A stretch of DNA of 59,787 nt, filler included, from Perkinsus olseni (taxonomy: Eukaryota), in assembly GCA_013115125.1 (NCBI GenBank). It is 4 parts of 4 records of this genome, joined end to end, with 100 filler letters (N's around TTAATTAATTAA, not from the genome) between each part and the next. Parts side by side here need not be neighbours in the genome. Positions count along the whole stretch, not along the records: positions 44,928 to 59,787 come from JABANN010000719.1; 3 more parts are not named here. The stretch is one strand, 5' to 3'. Shown in pieces: positions 48,201-59,787 of this stretch (positions are counted from its first letter, which is position 1; each line of letters opens with the position of its first letter). The notes under the pieces are model-generated. The model saw only the letters and a program-made list of their open reading frames with translations, was not told the origin of the DNA and did no database searches. Made by a program: the position numbers and the translations under genes.

Positions 48201-51200
48201 AGCTCGAGCGGTTGAGTTTACGGCTGCAAGATGCCTAATGTTCCCCAATTTCGCAGGTGATGGCGTGCATAGGTCTAGCACAAGATGAAGTGTTCATCTC
48301 GGGCTGGTGGATCACCCCGGACCTTCCTCTCACACGACCGTGCACTGAAGGCTGCCTCTTGGTAGGAGTGCTGCATGGGCTGCTTCGCTCCGCTGACATT
48401 TTTGTATTTTTTAGGTAGACGTGCTGAAGAAGAAGGCCGATGAGGGTGTGAAGATATTTGTTGTGGTGTATCAGGAAATATCTTTAGCCCTGTAGGTCGC
48501 TCGGGTCGAGGTGGAATCTTTCAACTTCTCGAATCAGTGATCGGGAGTGATGTTCGATTTTTCTACTCTGGCTTCTTGCAATCCTGAATTATCGTGGGTA
48601 ACAGTGTCGCTCTTCCTATTATTGTAGGAGATGATTTGGGGGAAATGTGGTATTAGTATTTGCGTGTAGGTACAATAATAGTTTGCATACTAAGAAGGTG
48701 CTTGAGGAAGCCAGTCCTAACATACACGTCGTCACCCATCCGATTCAGTTCGGAGCTCGAGCTGTGTGGTATTGGAGTCACCATCAGAAACTTGTAAGTG
48801 CCCAGCATCGACCTAAGATTCCATTCTCGCATTTGTATCAAACGCCATCGGGTGAAGGAGAAGTATAACGGCTGCATTAGTTGCAATACTCGTGTCCCAT
48901 TTGTCCGTGTTTCACCTGGGGAGCTCTATGGTGACAGTCAGTGATGTCGCGCGCCACGAAATTGTGGAATCTTTCTGTCTACGTGGTGAAGGGCAAAAAG
49001 GTTGACGAGTTTCTGTTGCTTCCAGGTGATTGTGGACCATTGTATCGCCTTCGTTGGTGGTATTGATTTGTGTCTTGGACGCTTTGACAGTTATGAACAT
49101 AGGTTGTGTGACAGGAGCAAGTGAGCAGGAGAGGATTCTTCCGGCTGCGCGCGTATCTTAGGTTGATCAGGGATAAATCCAAGCGAATCTTTCCCGGCAA
49201 AGATTACACCAATCCCTGCATCAAAGATTTCGTAAATGTTCAAGACATATTTGACACGGACTCGGAAGCGTCGGAGTCTGAGGAGGAATCTGATCATAAT
49301 AGTCGCGGTAGGCGGAGCGAAGCGTCGCATCCTTCACATTTTTGTTTGTCCTAGGTCATTCTCCTGACGGCGATTCGAGCGGATATCCGAGCTCTCGGGA
49401 GAAGGGGGAGCGGCATAAAAGCCGTCCTCTGCTCGATCGCAACTCCCAGCCGAGGATGCCTTGGCATGATACCTCTGTAAGTGAGCAGGAGTGTCCCGTT
49501 TTTAGTCGAGTAGCGATGGTTTAGTGGTGGTGCTGCCGTCCGAGTGGCCACAAGATCGTAGGGTCTAATGTGCGCAGGTTCAAATCGTGGGGCCGGTAGT
49601 TTCGGACATAGCAAGACACTTTGTGCAGCTGTGGAATCACATCAAGACTGACAAGCATAAGCAACAGGACAAGGTAAGGAGTTCAAATAATTTCGTGGCG
49701 CAGTGACGCTTTGGTCCCGTCCCTGCGTGGGGGGAGGGTAATCTACTTCGACCCTCACGTTGAAATCGGAAGAACTCTTTTCGCTGTGGAATTTTCATTT
49801 TCTCGGTCGATGAGCGAATTCTGAAAGTCAGAGTCGATTCCGGGATTCATGTTTGCTCGTGAATTGCGTAGAATGGATTCTGAGTTTCGAAATTTGTTTG
49901 TTGTTTAGGCTGTGTAATTTCGTGGCGCAGTGACGCTCGTTTCAGGTGCAGTACCTACAAGTGACAGGAGAGGAGCGGAGCAAGCATGAGCGTACGGCTC
50001 GGCTGAAGAAGAATCTCAAAGGGAAATTGAAGCGAATACAGGAGTTCGGTGGGACTGCGCAGCGCGAAGATTTTCCTTCCGAAGATATGCTATATATTTC
50101 AGATGTTCGCAAGCGTCTGGGTGGGGCGGATCTTCTGCAACTTAATCGAGCCAAGGCGATCAGTCAGGAGCACGAAATAGCTCCGGACGTGGAGGTACCG
50201 GAACCGCAGGGGGATGTCCCGCCTGAATCTCCAGTAGGGGCGAATCAAGGTGAGAGGCTGCTTCGCTCCTCCTTTTCTACTGAGTTCTTCTGTTGTAGGT
50301 GGTCTTGGACCTGTTGAAGGTGGCGCCGGACCAACAGCGGCTGTAGTGGGGCACCACAGGCCTCCGCGCCATGATAACTATGGTGCTCATGTGAAGGCTC
50401 CGAGTAAAGAGCAGGGAGGCAGACCGGCTTTGGCGAGAGGGAACACTACGGGCATGGCTATCAGTCTTGATGTAGGGATGTTATCACTCAGGGCGGAGGA
50501 ATTGTCTGCCGATGGTAGTGCTGAATTTTCGCGGTTGAGAAATTTTTCGGTCATGAGTTCTCCGCGAGGAGGCGGCCGTCGCCGTACTGACAAGTGGGAA
50601 GAGCAGCCAATTTGCTCTCGATTGTTGTCATTTTTACAACAATTTTCGACCGGCTGGTTCATAAATTTCGTACCACATTTTTACTAATTTATGATTATAG
50701 ATCTGACAGCAGAGTCAAGCCGGTACTATGGATAGTACAACTTTTGCGACGACTGAAACGAGATCGTCCCTTGAAGGTGTTATAGATGGCGCGGGCCTGC
50801 CCGTGTATATGTAGCGTTGGGCCATTGCGCGGCGCGGCTGCGACTCACCTGAGCGGCGCTCTCTTTGTTATTGATGTTATCGAGATTCGCTTGCCACGTC
50901 AGCCGCAGGAGTTGCTGTTGTTGTGGTAGGTGCTGAAGCAAATCGAGCAAGTGTCGGCGCCGTCTGCGGGTCCGCGGGGAAGAAATGCGCACTTTGCTGA
51001 TATTTCGCCAAGAAAGAAGAATTGTAGGGTGCAGGGTTCGAACTCGGCTCGTTTGACGCACTTCTGGCTTGATCTTCTCGGTTCGCGGTCTCCCATGAAA
51101 GATTATGGTGGCGAAGGGCTGTACGGTCATGACCCAAGGAGAAAAATCCGATGAGACTTTCGCTCCGCCTTTCCTGTATCTCGTTTTTCCTTAGTATCGG

Positions 51201-54200
51201 ACAAGCCTAGATTCTTCGGTCGAGCTAGAACACACATCCCACCACGGCGTGCAGATGCACCGGTACCGCAGGCGAGGGGGATTGAGGAGGTAGTAGGCGG
51301 AGCGAAGCGTTTTTTTTGTGAAAAAAGCCTTGTTTTATCGAGGAGTGAACTGCCGGTTACGGAAGAGCGCTATGTGGTCTTTGTTCTCGAGTGGAAAATC
51401 CGGAGCTTCGGTGGCCTCCGTCACGACCTGCCTTCGACTTGAGATTCCCGCGCGGCTTCTGTTGTTTCAGCCTGCACCTCCTCCGGGTGCCCGAAGGATG
51501 ACGTTTGACGTCTCCCAGCCTGCGGAAGGCGGCCCTCGTGAGAGGTTCGCCATCCAGAGGAGTTTCACTATGGATGGCTCAACGTGAGAGGGGGAGGGCT
51601 TTTCTCGAGAGTGCAAGGCTGGGCAGAATCGATACGGTCAGGGATGAGAAGGGGGTTGGCCTTCGGTTTATACCGCCCTGTTGATTTCGTTTTCGTCAAG
51701 GGTCGACGTAAGATACGCAAGTGACTGTTGGGAATTCTCGAGAAACTTTCCTACGCCCTACTTCCCTTCTTGGGGGAGGGCGAGATGGAATAGTACTTTG
51801 CATAATAAGGATTCTCCAGAGGATCCTCAAAATTGCTCCTAGGCATGGACAAGAGTGTGTTGAGGGCCTCCTGGCAGGGGGGAAGGAATCTTGAGGTCAA
51901 GGACGTCAATCGCAAAGAAAATGATTCCCTCGTGGCAGGTCCCCTATGTACATTGGAGATCACAAGAAGGCGGAGAACACCCCGATTGGACTGTCCCTGG
52001 ATCCTGAGGTCATCGGTCCTCGGCGGACCTCTGGCGATGGGGATGACGATGGGGAGGAAGACAGCAGCTCCGGCGCCAGTAGCAGTGATAGGGAGAGGTA
52101 GTAGGGCGCACTGGTATCGAAGCAGTACGAAAAGAGGGGGGAAAATTCCGGATATATTATCGCCAAAAATATTTATTTTCCGATTTTACCCCACATATAT
52201 TCAATATACAGCGGTATTCGTTGGATCCTAGGGATTGCGTTAAGTGTCGCGACGTGCATATCAAATATCAATTGAATGGCACGCAGTGTATTTCCAAGCG
52301 TTATTGACCAACGAAATATAACCAACGTTAACGTAGTACTGTCGTACAGCAAGACACGTAGAAAATTGCTTCTTTGCGTCTTTCGTGTGGATCATCGTGC
52401 CAAATGGAAAGGATGCACTGTCTACAGAGGTTGAAGATGTCTTTCACAGGCCGATGTTATGTGCTAGGTCCCCTCGACACAGGAAGCATAGGAAGGCTTC
52501 CAAAGATACGCCTCAGCCCGGTCCCTCTCTTTACGGTAGAGGCCGGTCTATTAGTGGTGGCGGATCCCCGGCAGCGGCGACCTCTAGGCTACTGCGTAGG
52601 GGTTGTGGTATTGTTAAGCCTGAACTTCCGAGAGAATAAGCAAGTTGTTGACGATCAGTCGAAATCCGGCGGCCATTCTCTCTTTCACGCTTCTTCTACT
52701 GGTTGCTCTTGATGATGGCGATTGTTGGGTCAGGTCCTGAAGCCACAACGGCGTTGACGATACCGATGCCCCGAGGGGAGGAGCAGCAGCAGAAAGAGAG
52801 GAAGATGAGCATTCATCGACAAGATAGCCTTCTCGGAACTTTCTGGCAGCGGGTAGGTCGGAGCCCGGGTTGTGCAGGGGAAAAAGATTCCATAATTGGT
52901 CGTAGAAGAGACTGAACCGAGAGAGAATTTTATGGCAGTAGTGCGTTATTGTTGCGTGCTTCACGCTCGGCCCTCTGTGCGCTCAAGCGGTTCGGATGCG
53001 TATCTTGGATTAGCCAGCCTAATTCTATCTCTTACCGTCTTCAACCTCAGATACAATTCTTGCGTAGTTGTAGTTGGTGGTCCATGGGTCTGCCCACTGA
53101 GAACTCCATCTATCAGGCTTATATCAACACCATTGCTGATGCGGAGAGGTGAGCTGGAAAGTCCTTCTCCCTCATCTCGTGTACTGATCAACAGCGGTTC
53201 TCTATGCCGTCATTTTGGGTTGAACAAAATTCTTAAATTTATCGGCTCTGACTGATGGTACAGCTAGACACCAACCTTTTCGTACCAGATACATTTACAT
53301 CGAGAACCAGTTCTTCGTGACTACCACTGATGCCAAGGACCCGTCCTGTGCCGAGTACGGCTATCCTGTGAAAAACGAGATTGGGAAGTAAGATTGCTTC
53401 GGGGGTGTCAGAAAGATACTGGGAGTAATCGGCGGACGCTAGTTGGTGGGAATGCTGTGTGAGGGCCTCCTGTTCGTGCTTGGCGAATCCTATCACAGCT
53501 GCTTTCGAATGTTCCTGGAAGATGTTTATGATCAATGGACAGCGCCAGGGCCTTCGTCAACATCATCGCTCGATGCCGTGTGGTGCTGGAGGGCGTCCAT
53601 TCCCCATCCTTGTCAGGGCAATAGCCGATCGCGTCTTCAAGGCAATAACAGAGAACGATAGGAAATTCAGAGTTTACGTGGTGAGTCGCAGCTCGACTGT
53701 ATTCACCTTATCGTCCGCTCGACTCTTCTCCGCTACGGTAGGAGTTTGTGTTGTTGCTTCAGCTGCTGCCGCTGCTGCCAGCGTTCGAGGGGGAGAATCT
53801 CTGGACTGCGGATGCGTTCGTGTGTCGGATAACCATTCATCTGCAAATGAGGGTAAGGTTACTCGGGGGAAATGTTTTTGTGGAAATTTTTCGGTTTTTT
53901 GTCAGTCCATCCATAGTGTGAAGACTTCCATAATTCAAACTCTGAAGAGACGGCTCATCGCTTATCACAAACAGCAGTCATTGCAAGCCCTACAGGGAAA
54001 GGACGGTAAGTTGACCGCTGGATGGACGACCGGAAGCAATCTCACGGGTAGATCTGACTCGCCATCAGCCATAGTGGTTGTAGGAGCGTCTAGCGTGATA
54101 CACCTCCAAATGGAGCTGTTGGCTGAGATTCCCTCAGAATGAGTCTTCGTCGAGGTTCGCGGCTGGCCCTTGGCGACTACTCAGTGAATACGCTCGTCGA

Positions 54201-56016
54201 TTCTTTTTTTTGAGGGATTACTCGCATTCAGTTTCGACCCGTGATCGGTTGGAGAAGGCCGTGGAGGAGGTCATCAGGAGCCACATCGGTTTCTTCTGCC
54301 TACGGACCGTCTCTGATGGTTTTAAGGATGGGAAGTTGAGAACTGAACAGATGTGAGAGGCTCTGGAATCTGTCAGGGTTTGCCGTGATCTCCGCCAGAC
54401 TAGTTTTGCAATGCTTTTTGAATATTTTCGTGTCTCCTATGAGAACGGGCTCTCAATAGCATCGGATTAATTGATAAGAAGATCATTTTTGTGCTGTTTT
54501 TTCTTTTTTGAGCTTATTAGGAGTTCAGATATCGGTGTGGGTCGAGCGACGGTCCTTGCTTCGCATTCCTGTTACACTGGTGGGCGTTGTAGATACATCC
54601 ACGCAAAGACGATGATTGTGGATGATACGAAGGCTATCATAGGATCGGCTAATATCAACGATCGCAGTATGTCGGGGGACAGAGACTCGGAAACGGCGGT
54701 AGGGGAAAACGCAGCGGAGCGAAGCGATATCAGCATTTCATTTTCTTCCATTAGGTGCTTATCGAGGATGATATAGGACACTCTTCTCCTTACACATTTG
54801 CTGGTGAGATGGCGTTCTCTGTGGCACGTTTCCTTGTCCGATCCTCCACCTCTTTGTGGTGCTAGATGAATATTGTTGCTGTGAATATTCATTGTTATTA
54901 GTCATTAGGATTTATTGATATGAAACTTATTTGTGGAACTGGATCACTCAGTGCGGTCCTTTGTGAGTGCATTGTTCTTTACATTTTCATATCACTTGCA
55001 CGGTTCGTGCTTACAGTGGACCTCGCTGCGGACAGACTAGACCGTGGCGCTCTTCATGAAAATTTCCTGATTATCGTTGTCCATACTTTGTCGCACAGGG
55101 GCGGAAATTTCGCCATAACTACTCCGGGTTTATTGGCGGTATGGCCAGCGATTGCATGGGAAGTTGCTGCCTTCAGGCGACATGCGAACCCAGTTGTGGC
55201 GAGAACACTTCGGGCTGTTGCAGGGGGTGCTCGAGGATCGACAGGAGAAAACATTCGTAGGTCTCTCGGGCGCCAGCTGGGATGAAACGACGCGAATGCG
55301 CGGATGATAATGCACCGCGGAATGGGGGGCTTTGCCGACACCGTTGGGCTCGACCTGAGGGACTTTCAGATTGACAACGTTCTTCGAGACCCGACTAGCG
55401 ACTCATGCTGGAAAATGTGGCTGGAAACAGCAGAGAGGAACATAGGGATACTCAGGGAAGGCTTCCATGGTGTTTGGCCGGATAGCGAGATACGGTGAGG
55501 CTTCCAAGTTGGAAGTTCCAACCTGGTTTGTATCTTGCAAAGCTGAAGTTTGGATTCCCGGATCAGGAACTGGAAGCAGTTTCATGAAGTGCTAGAGAGT
55601 CGGTCCAATCCTGGCGGGAAGGAGAAACAAAGAGTCGTTGATGGCCTGAAGGGCTCCCGAGTGTTCCCTTATCCGCTGGTGAGTGGCTGGCCGCGCTGGC
55701 AGAGTTGTCACCTGTGGGATTCGAACCTAAGACACCCCGGCTTAGCGTAGCGTGAGCGCGAACGGGCGGGAATCATATTGACAGAATGAGGCGTCACGCT
55801 GACCTACGTTCTGCCGCTCTCCCGAGCAAGTTAACTGTTAAATCATTTGTTTTACCGCTCGAAATGGAAATCCCTGTCTGTCCTACATAGCGTTGGTCAG
55901 TTTCACTTAAGGTATGCATCGCCTTGATTGGTTTTCAGGAATTTTTGTGTGAGGAGGATATGACCTCGCCGGCGCCGACGTCGATCAGCTTGATGCCGAA
56001 GGAGATCTTCACATAA
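45250..56016 (+). CDS. Phospholipase D (PLD1/2, PLD-zeta type; PH + two HKD motifs), many exons; 5' end uncertain
   Basis: PH-like [45 protein letters not shown]...[13 protein letters not shown] (HKD1); [32 protein letters not shown]...[10 protein letters not shown] (HKD2). Ends MPKEIFT* at 56016. Confidence 0.92.
55706..55755 (-). other. tRNA-derived fragment inside a PLD intron
   Basis: Minus strand GCTAAGCCGGGGTGTCTTAGGTTCGAATCCCACAGGTGAC resembles the 3' half of the tRNA-Ser at 14020-14101. Confidence 0.5.
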
Positions 56017-56413
56017 ATACACTTTTTGTCAGCATTTCCCGGTGTTACGGATACCGTACATCTGACAACTCTTGTTGCACCATTATCGAAGTTGACAAGA
56101 TTGCCCGAATTCGTCCGAACCATTGCCTCCCGCCTGCTATTGCACAGTGCTGGACGGGTTGAGTTACGAGGGGTGGGCTGAGTCGATTTCAGTCCTCAGC
56201 GGGTCGACGCGTATGACCGACCTGCATCGTGAGTGTGAGTGGTAACCTTCGTGGCCCTTGGAAGATATTGGGAGTAAATACATGCACAAGCTGTGGTGAA
56301 TCGTCTGCGAACAGAGTGTGGCGCGATGAGCGGCGTGGGTCGATCAACCCTTTTCACGTTTTTCATGCATTTGCCAAGCATCTTCTACTATACCAGTTGT
56401 ATGCATTGATTCT

Positions 56414-58456
56414 ATGTCCTCGCGGCCACCGTCTATTCCGCCAGTACCAGTGAAGACAGAAGACGAGAAGGCGAGAGAGGCTGCTGAGCAGAAGGCTGCG
56501 GTCACTGTTGATGCTCTGGGAAGGAAGAAATGGGATAAGGCGTAGGTTTGTGACGTGGTTCTGTGCGTGACGAGGGTTCGACCCTTCGCGGGTCATTTAG
56601 GACAAGCGTTCTGACGATCTCTGCCATTGAATTTCAATGTGTTTCTTAATTCTTGTTGGTTTTAGTAGAATTCGTTTGATGGTTAACATAGGCTGGCTTG
56701 TAGTAACGATTGCCGGCGCTCCTGTGGGTTGGGTGGAGTATCACGGTCACCTTTTGCAGGTTCTTCGCGAAGAAAGCGGACGAGGAGGAGCAGGAGGAGG
56801 CCCTCAGGTGTAATGTAGATCGATCACGTGATCGATTTGAAGTTACTGGGGTGTGTTTGGTGTTGTGCAGATCTGAAAGGGTTAAAGCGGGAGAATGACA
56901 CGCCCGTGGAGAGAGCACCATTGAGGCAGCGGACGGACGTCGTCGATCTCGAGAAGGACCTCGGAAAACGGAAACTCATCACTGGTGAGTGTCGAATCTA
57001 TAATTTCACGATGGATGAAGATGGCAGGGTTCGAACCCGCGTGCTTCGTTCGAATATATCGCTTCAACCTGATGTCCTCGCCGTCGTTTGTCAGAGCGCA
57101 CTGTGAAGAAGCACCAGGGAGGCTATTGGTGCGAGGTCTGCGAGTGCCTGTTGAAGGATAGTCAATCGTGAGGAGGGAAGGAGGGGTCGATCGCGAGTGG
57201 ACGACGCTGTTGGTAGGTACCTGGACCATCTCAACGGGCGAGACCACAATAGGAATATGGGAATGAATATGAGAGTCGAGAAGGTGGGGTGCACGCATGC
57301 TTTTTTCGTATTTTTCAATACCTCGAAATCATTCACGAAAAACATCGATGGCAATGCGGAAATGTGCTCTTTACAGGATGCGCTCGACTCTCAATTCATT
57401 GCATCGTGGAAAACTTTTATGAAAACCATTACGACTGGAACTTCCTCTCGTATTCTTCTGACACTGCTGCAGCCCCTTCGTTTTCCTGCCTTTCATCGTG
57501 CCTTGGAGTATTGTGCTAAACTACGGGGCCATCCACTACGGTCCATCCTGGGCTGTGCCAGGTCGCGTCGCTGAGAGCTCCATTCCTCAGGTGAGTGTCG
57601 ATCGTGTCAAGGAGAAGCTCGAGGAAATGAAGAAGCTGGCCCGAGAAAAGGCACAGAAAGGTAAGGCTATCGGTGATATCTTCTTTGGATCCTCTGCCTA
57701 TGAGACATGGCTTGTCAACGACGCAGCAGCGATGTGTAAGTGGTGCATCGCTGCCAGCAGAAACTCTTACCAGATTCATTCGAGATCAACCCCCCCGTTC
57801 GACACTTTCTATTCGGGAGAGTAGCCATGGGCCGCGCTCTGTGCGAAGTGTCTACTTTTTTTGTTGCAATCTTACTTTCAGATACGAAGGAGGACGTGAT
57901 TGACAGGGAGGCAGTACAAGAGCGGCTAGAGCACATCAAGAGAGAAGAGGAGAAAGACAAGTAATGTTGTTAGGGCATCGATTATTCGATTATTCCATGG
58001 TGTTTAGGCAGCGAAAGAAGGAGAAAAAGAAGCTGAAAAAACGCAAGAAGCGTGAGGCGTTATACGGCCCTGGATATCTCGGCACGAAGGAGGAGGATGA
58101 GCCTGCGGAGGGCGGAACAGTGAGTGGCTTAGTTAGAGTTCGCATTCGCTCGTAGAATCTCGATGATAACGGTGGGCTATAAAGCAAGGGAGATTGAGGA
58201 CCTGCGGAAGGCTTCGCTCGGGGGCCTTGGAGGAATTTGGGGAACGCCTCGACTTTTGTTGCGCTAAAATGGTTGTCGAGGCCTGGCATGTCTGGGCCGC
58301 AATGGTTCCGCCGAGATTTAATCTGTCGCATACCAGAATGTTCTAATTGCTTTTTTCTGTTCTACTTGAGTTTTTGTATGGTTTTGTTAGGCAAAAGAGA
58401 GCTCTCACGATGAGCTTATGCGTATTATGGGAATATCAGGCTTCGGAGGAAGTTGA
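56414..58456 (+). CDS. ZMAT2: U4/U6.U5 tri-snRNP zinc-finger protein SNU23/ZMAT2 (multi-exon)
   Basis: GRKKWDK; VDLEKDLGKRKLI; GGYWCEVCECLLKDSQS|YLDHLNGRDHNRNMGMNMRVEK; C-terminal MRIMGISGFGGS*. Confidence 0.92.
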
Positions 58457-59098
58457 ACGTACATTGAGGCTGTCACGTTTATAGTTTGTTGTGTTGGTTC
58501 AATCGGTCGCTGGGATCGCCGTCTGTTTATGGAGATACATTCTCTACATCAAACGGCAGACTTGTAGTCTGTTTCGTATTGAGCTACCGTTCATAGATAT
58601 CGTAGTGAATCTGAATCTGAACTTAATTAGCAGGACATCTTAATTTCTCCATCTTAATTTTTTCTTTGCCGAAGAGAGTGGAAATATGTAATGTAGATGA
58701 GTAAATTCAATAATAGCTCGCCCGAGTGGTGTTCTGAGTGAGTGAGTTCAAAACTGACCATCACATTGATCAATTAGCATCAATTTCAGCGCGCTTCCAA
58801 AAAAAAAGAACATTATATCTGACTAGTTTCTGTTGATCATATAGATGGACAAGTTGACGTTACGAGCCGATAGAGTTAGCGTTACGGCTTAAATTTGCGG
58901 CTTCAAGCCGCCGGCTAGACGTAACGGCGTTCAGGCAGTGTCTGACAAACACAACTGGGAGCGCGACAGCGCGCTTTCTAATTAAACCACCAATCCTCTG
59001 TTCTTGACTGCCCCAAGGGTAACCAACCGATTCAAGATTCGTTCACGGGATGTACTGAGTCTCTTACAGTTTCTTTTGCAAAATTTGTTCCTCCTCTA

Positions 59099-59500
59099 AT
59101 GCCAGCTGATGAGGTCTCTGTGGTTGCGATCGGGGACCCTTTGTTCACGAAGTTCCTAGGGTGGGTCCGGAAGAAGCGTGACGATGGCGAATATGCTCGC
59201 TGTCCTAAATTTGGGAGACTTATTAAGATGAGTAATAAGTCTTTCAGGGGTGTCAAATACCACCAAGAGTCTTGCGGGAAAATGAAGCACAACGAACCCA
59301 CTAGAACTGAGAACCGAGCAGAATGTAGAGAGACGCTATGTCAGTTCGTGGCGCGCTCTGGCATCTTGCTCTGCATCGTTGAGAATTAATACTTCAAAGG
59401 CCTACTACGGGGCTTGAACCCTCATTTCGAGGCTTCTAAGCGCCGAAATCTAGTTCGTCAATTGCGAGGCAGAGTCGCCAAATCGGCGACAGGCGGCTTG
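59099..59500 (+). mobile_element. hAT-superfamily transposase relic (N-terminal region)
   Basis: Degenerate BED-like segment (ARCPKFG...SFRGVKYHQESC), then LCQFVARSGILLCIVEN*YFKGLLRGLNPHFEASKRRNLVR, matching the Hermes/hAT DNA-binding motif, with an internal stop. Confidence 0.65.
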
Positions 59501-59787
59501 ATCACTGGAAAGACAGTTGAATTCTCAGTAAGCGCTCATGATTCATGAGCGCTTACCACAAGTCGAATATGTCATAATGGTATATGGTATATACCATATG
59601 TCGAACCATAAGGTTCGACATATCCCGGCGACCAAGGCCTACAAAGCGCGGCGACAGTCAGAAGCAGTGCGACGCTGCGGCACCTCAGGGAAGGGACCAG
59701 TATCGGTGAGATCCGTGGAAGGCTGTTTCGCGTGTGTGGATGGTTAGGTTCCTCCGGCTCTTGAAGCTCTGCGGCGACTCGTCTCCG

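Noticed and set aside
135..59747. Most short ORFs in the six-frame track
   Set aside because: Antisense or alternative-frame shadows of spliced exons in GC-balanced DNA.

Overview
This is eukaryotic, intron-dense DNA (mostly ~45-60 nt introns, several GC donors), most consistent with a Perkinsus-like alveolate. That assignment is an inference from gene content, intron style and a small secreted Cys-rich protein. The window is probably not one locus. It comprises four contigs of 14,879, 14,876, 14,872 and 14,860 bp joined by identical 100-nt N44-TTAATTAATTAA-N44 linkers, which looks like size-sorted concatenation. Contig 1: 3' part of a RecQ helicase, RAD17, a coiled-coil/MATH-like gene, a possible retroelement relic, tRNA-Ser(GCU) and a decayed copy. 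Contig 2: four intronless pepsin-family aspartic protease copies (one intact) interspersed with a Cys-repeat multi-pass membrane protein (CRMP-like). Contig 3: a small secreted Cys-rich protein, two tandem atypical CCCH zinc-finger paralogs, a methyltransferase, an NHL protein, a PDCD4/MA3 protein, an AP2-like protein, DUF2009/UPF0652 and partial purB. Contig 4: phospholipase D, SNU23/ZMAT2 and a hAT transposase relic. The most unusual signals are in contig 4 introns (a recurrent GCGGAGCGAAGCG motif, a 23-bp direct-repeat-flanked insertion, a candidate GA-AG intron, tRNA-derived fragments), the mosaic protease array and the C-x5-C-x7-C-x3-H finger pair. Spliced-gene coordinates are outer bounds read by eye.
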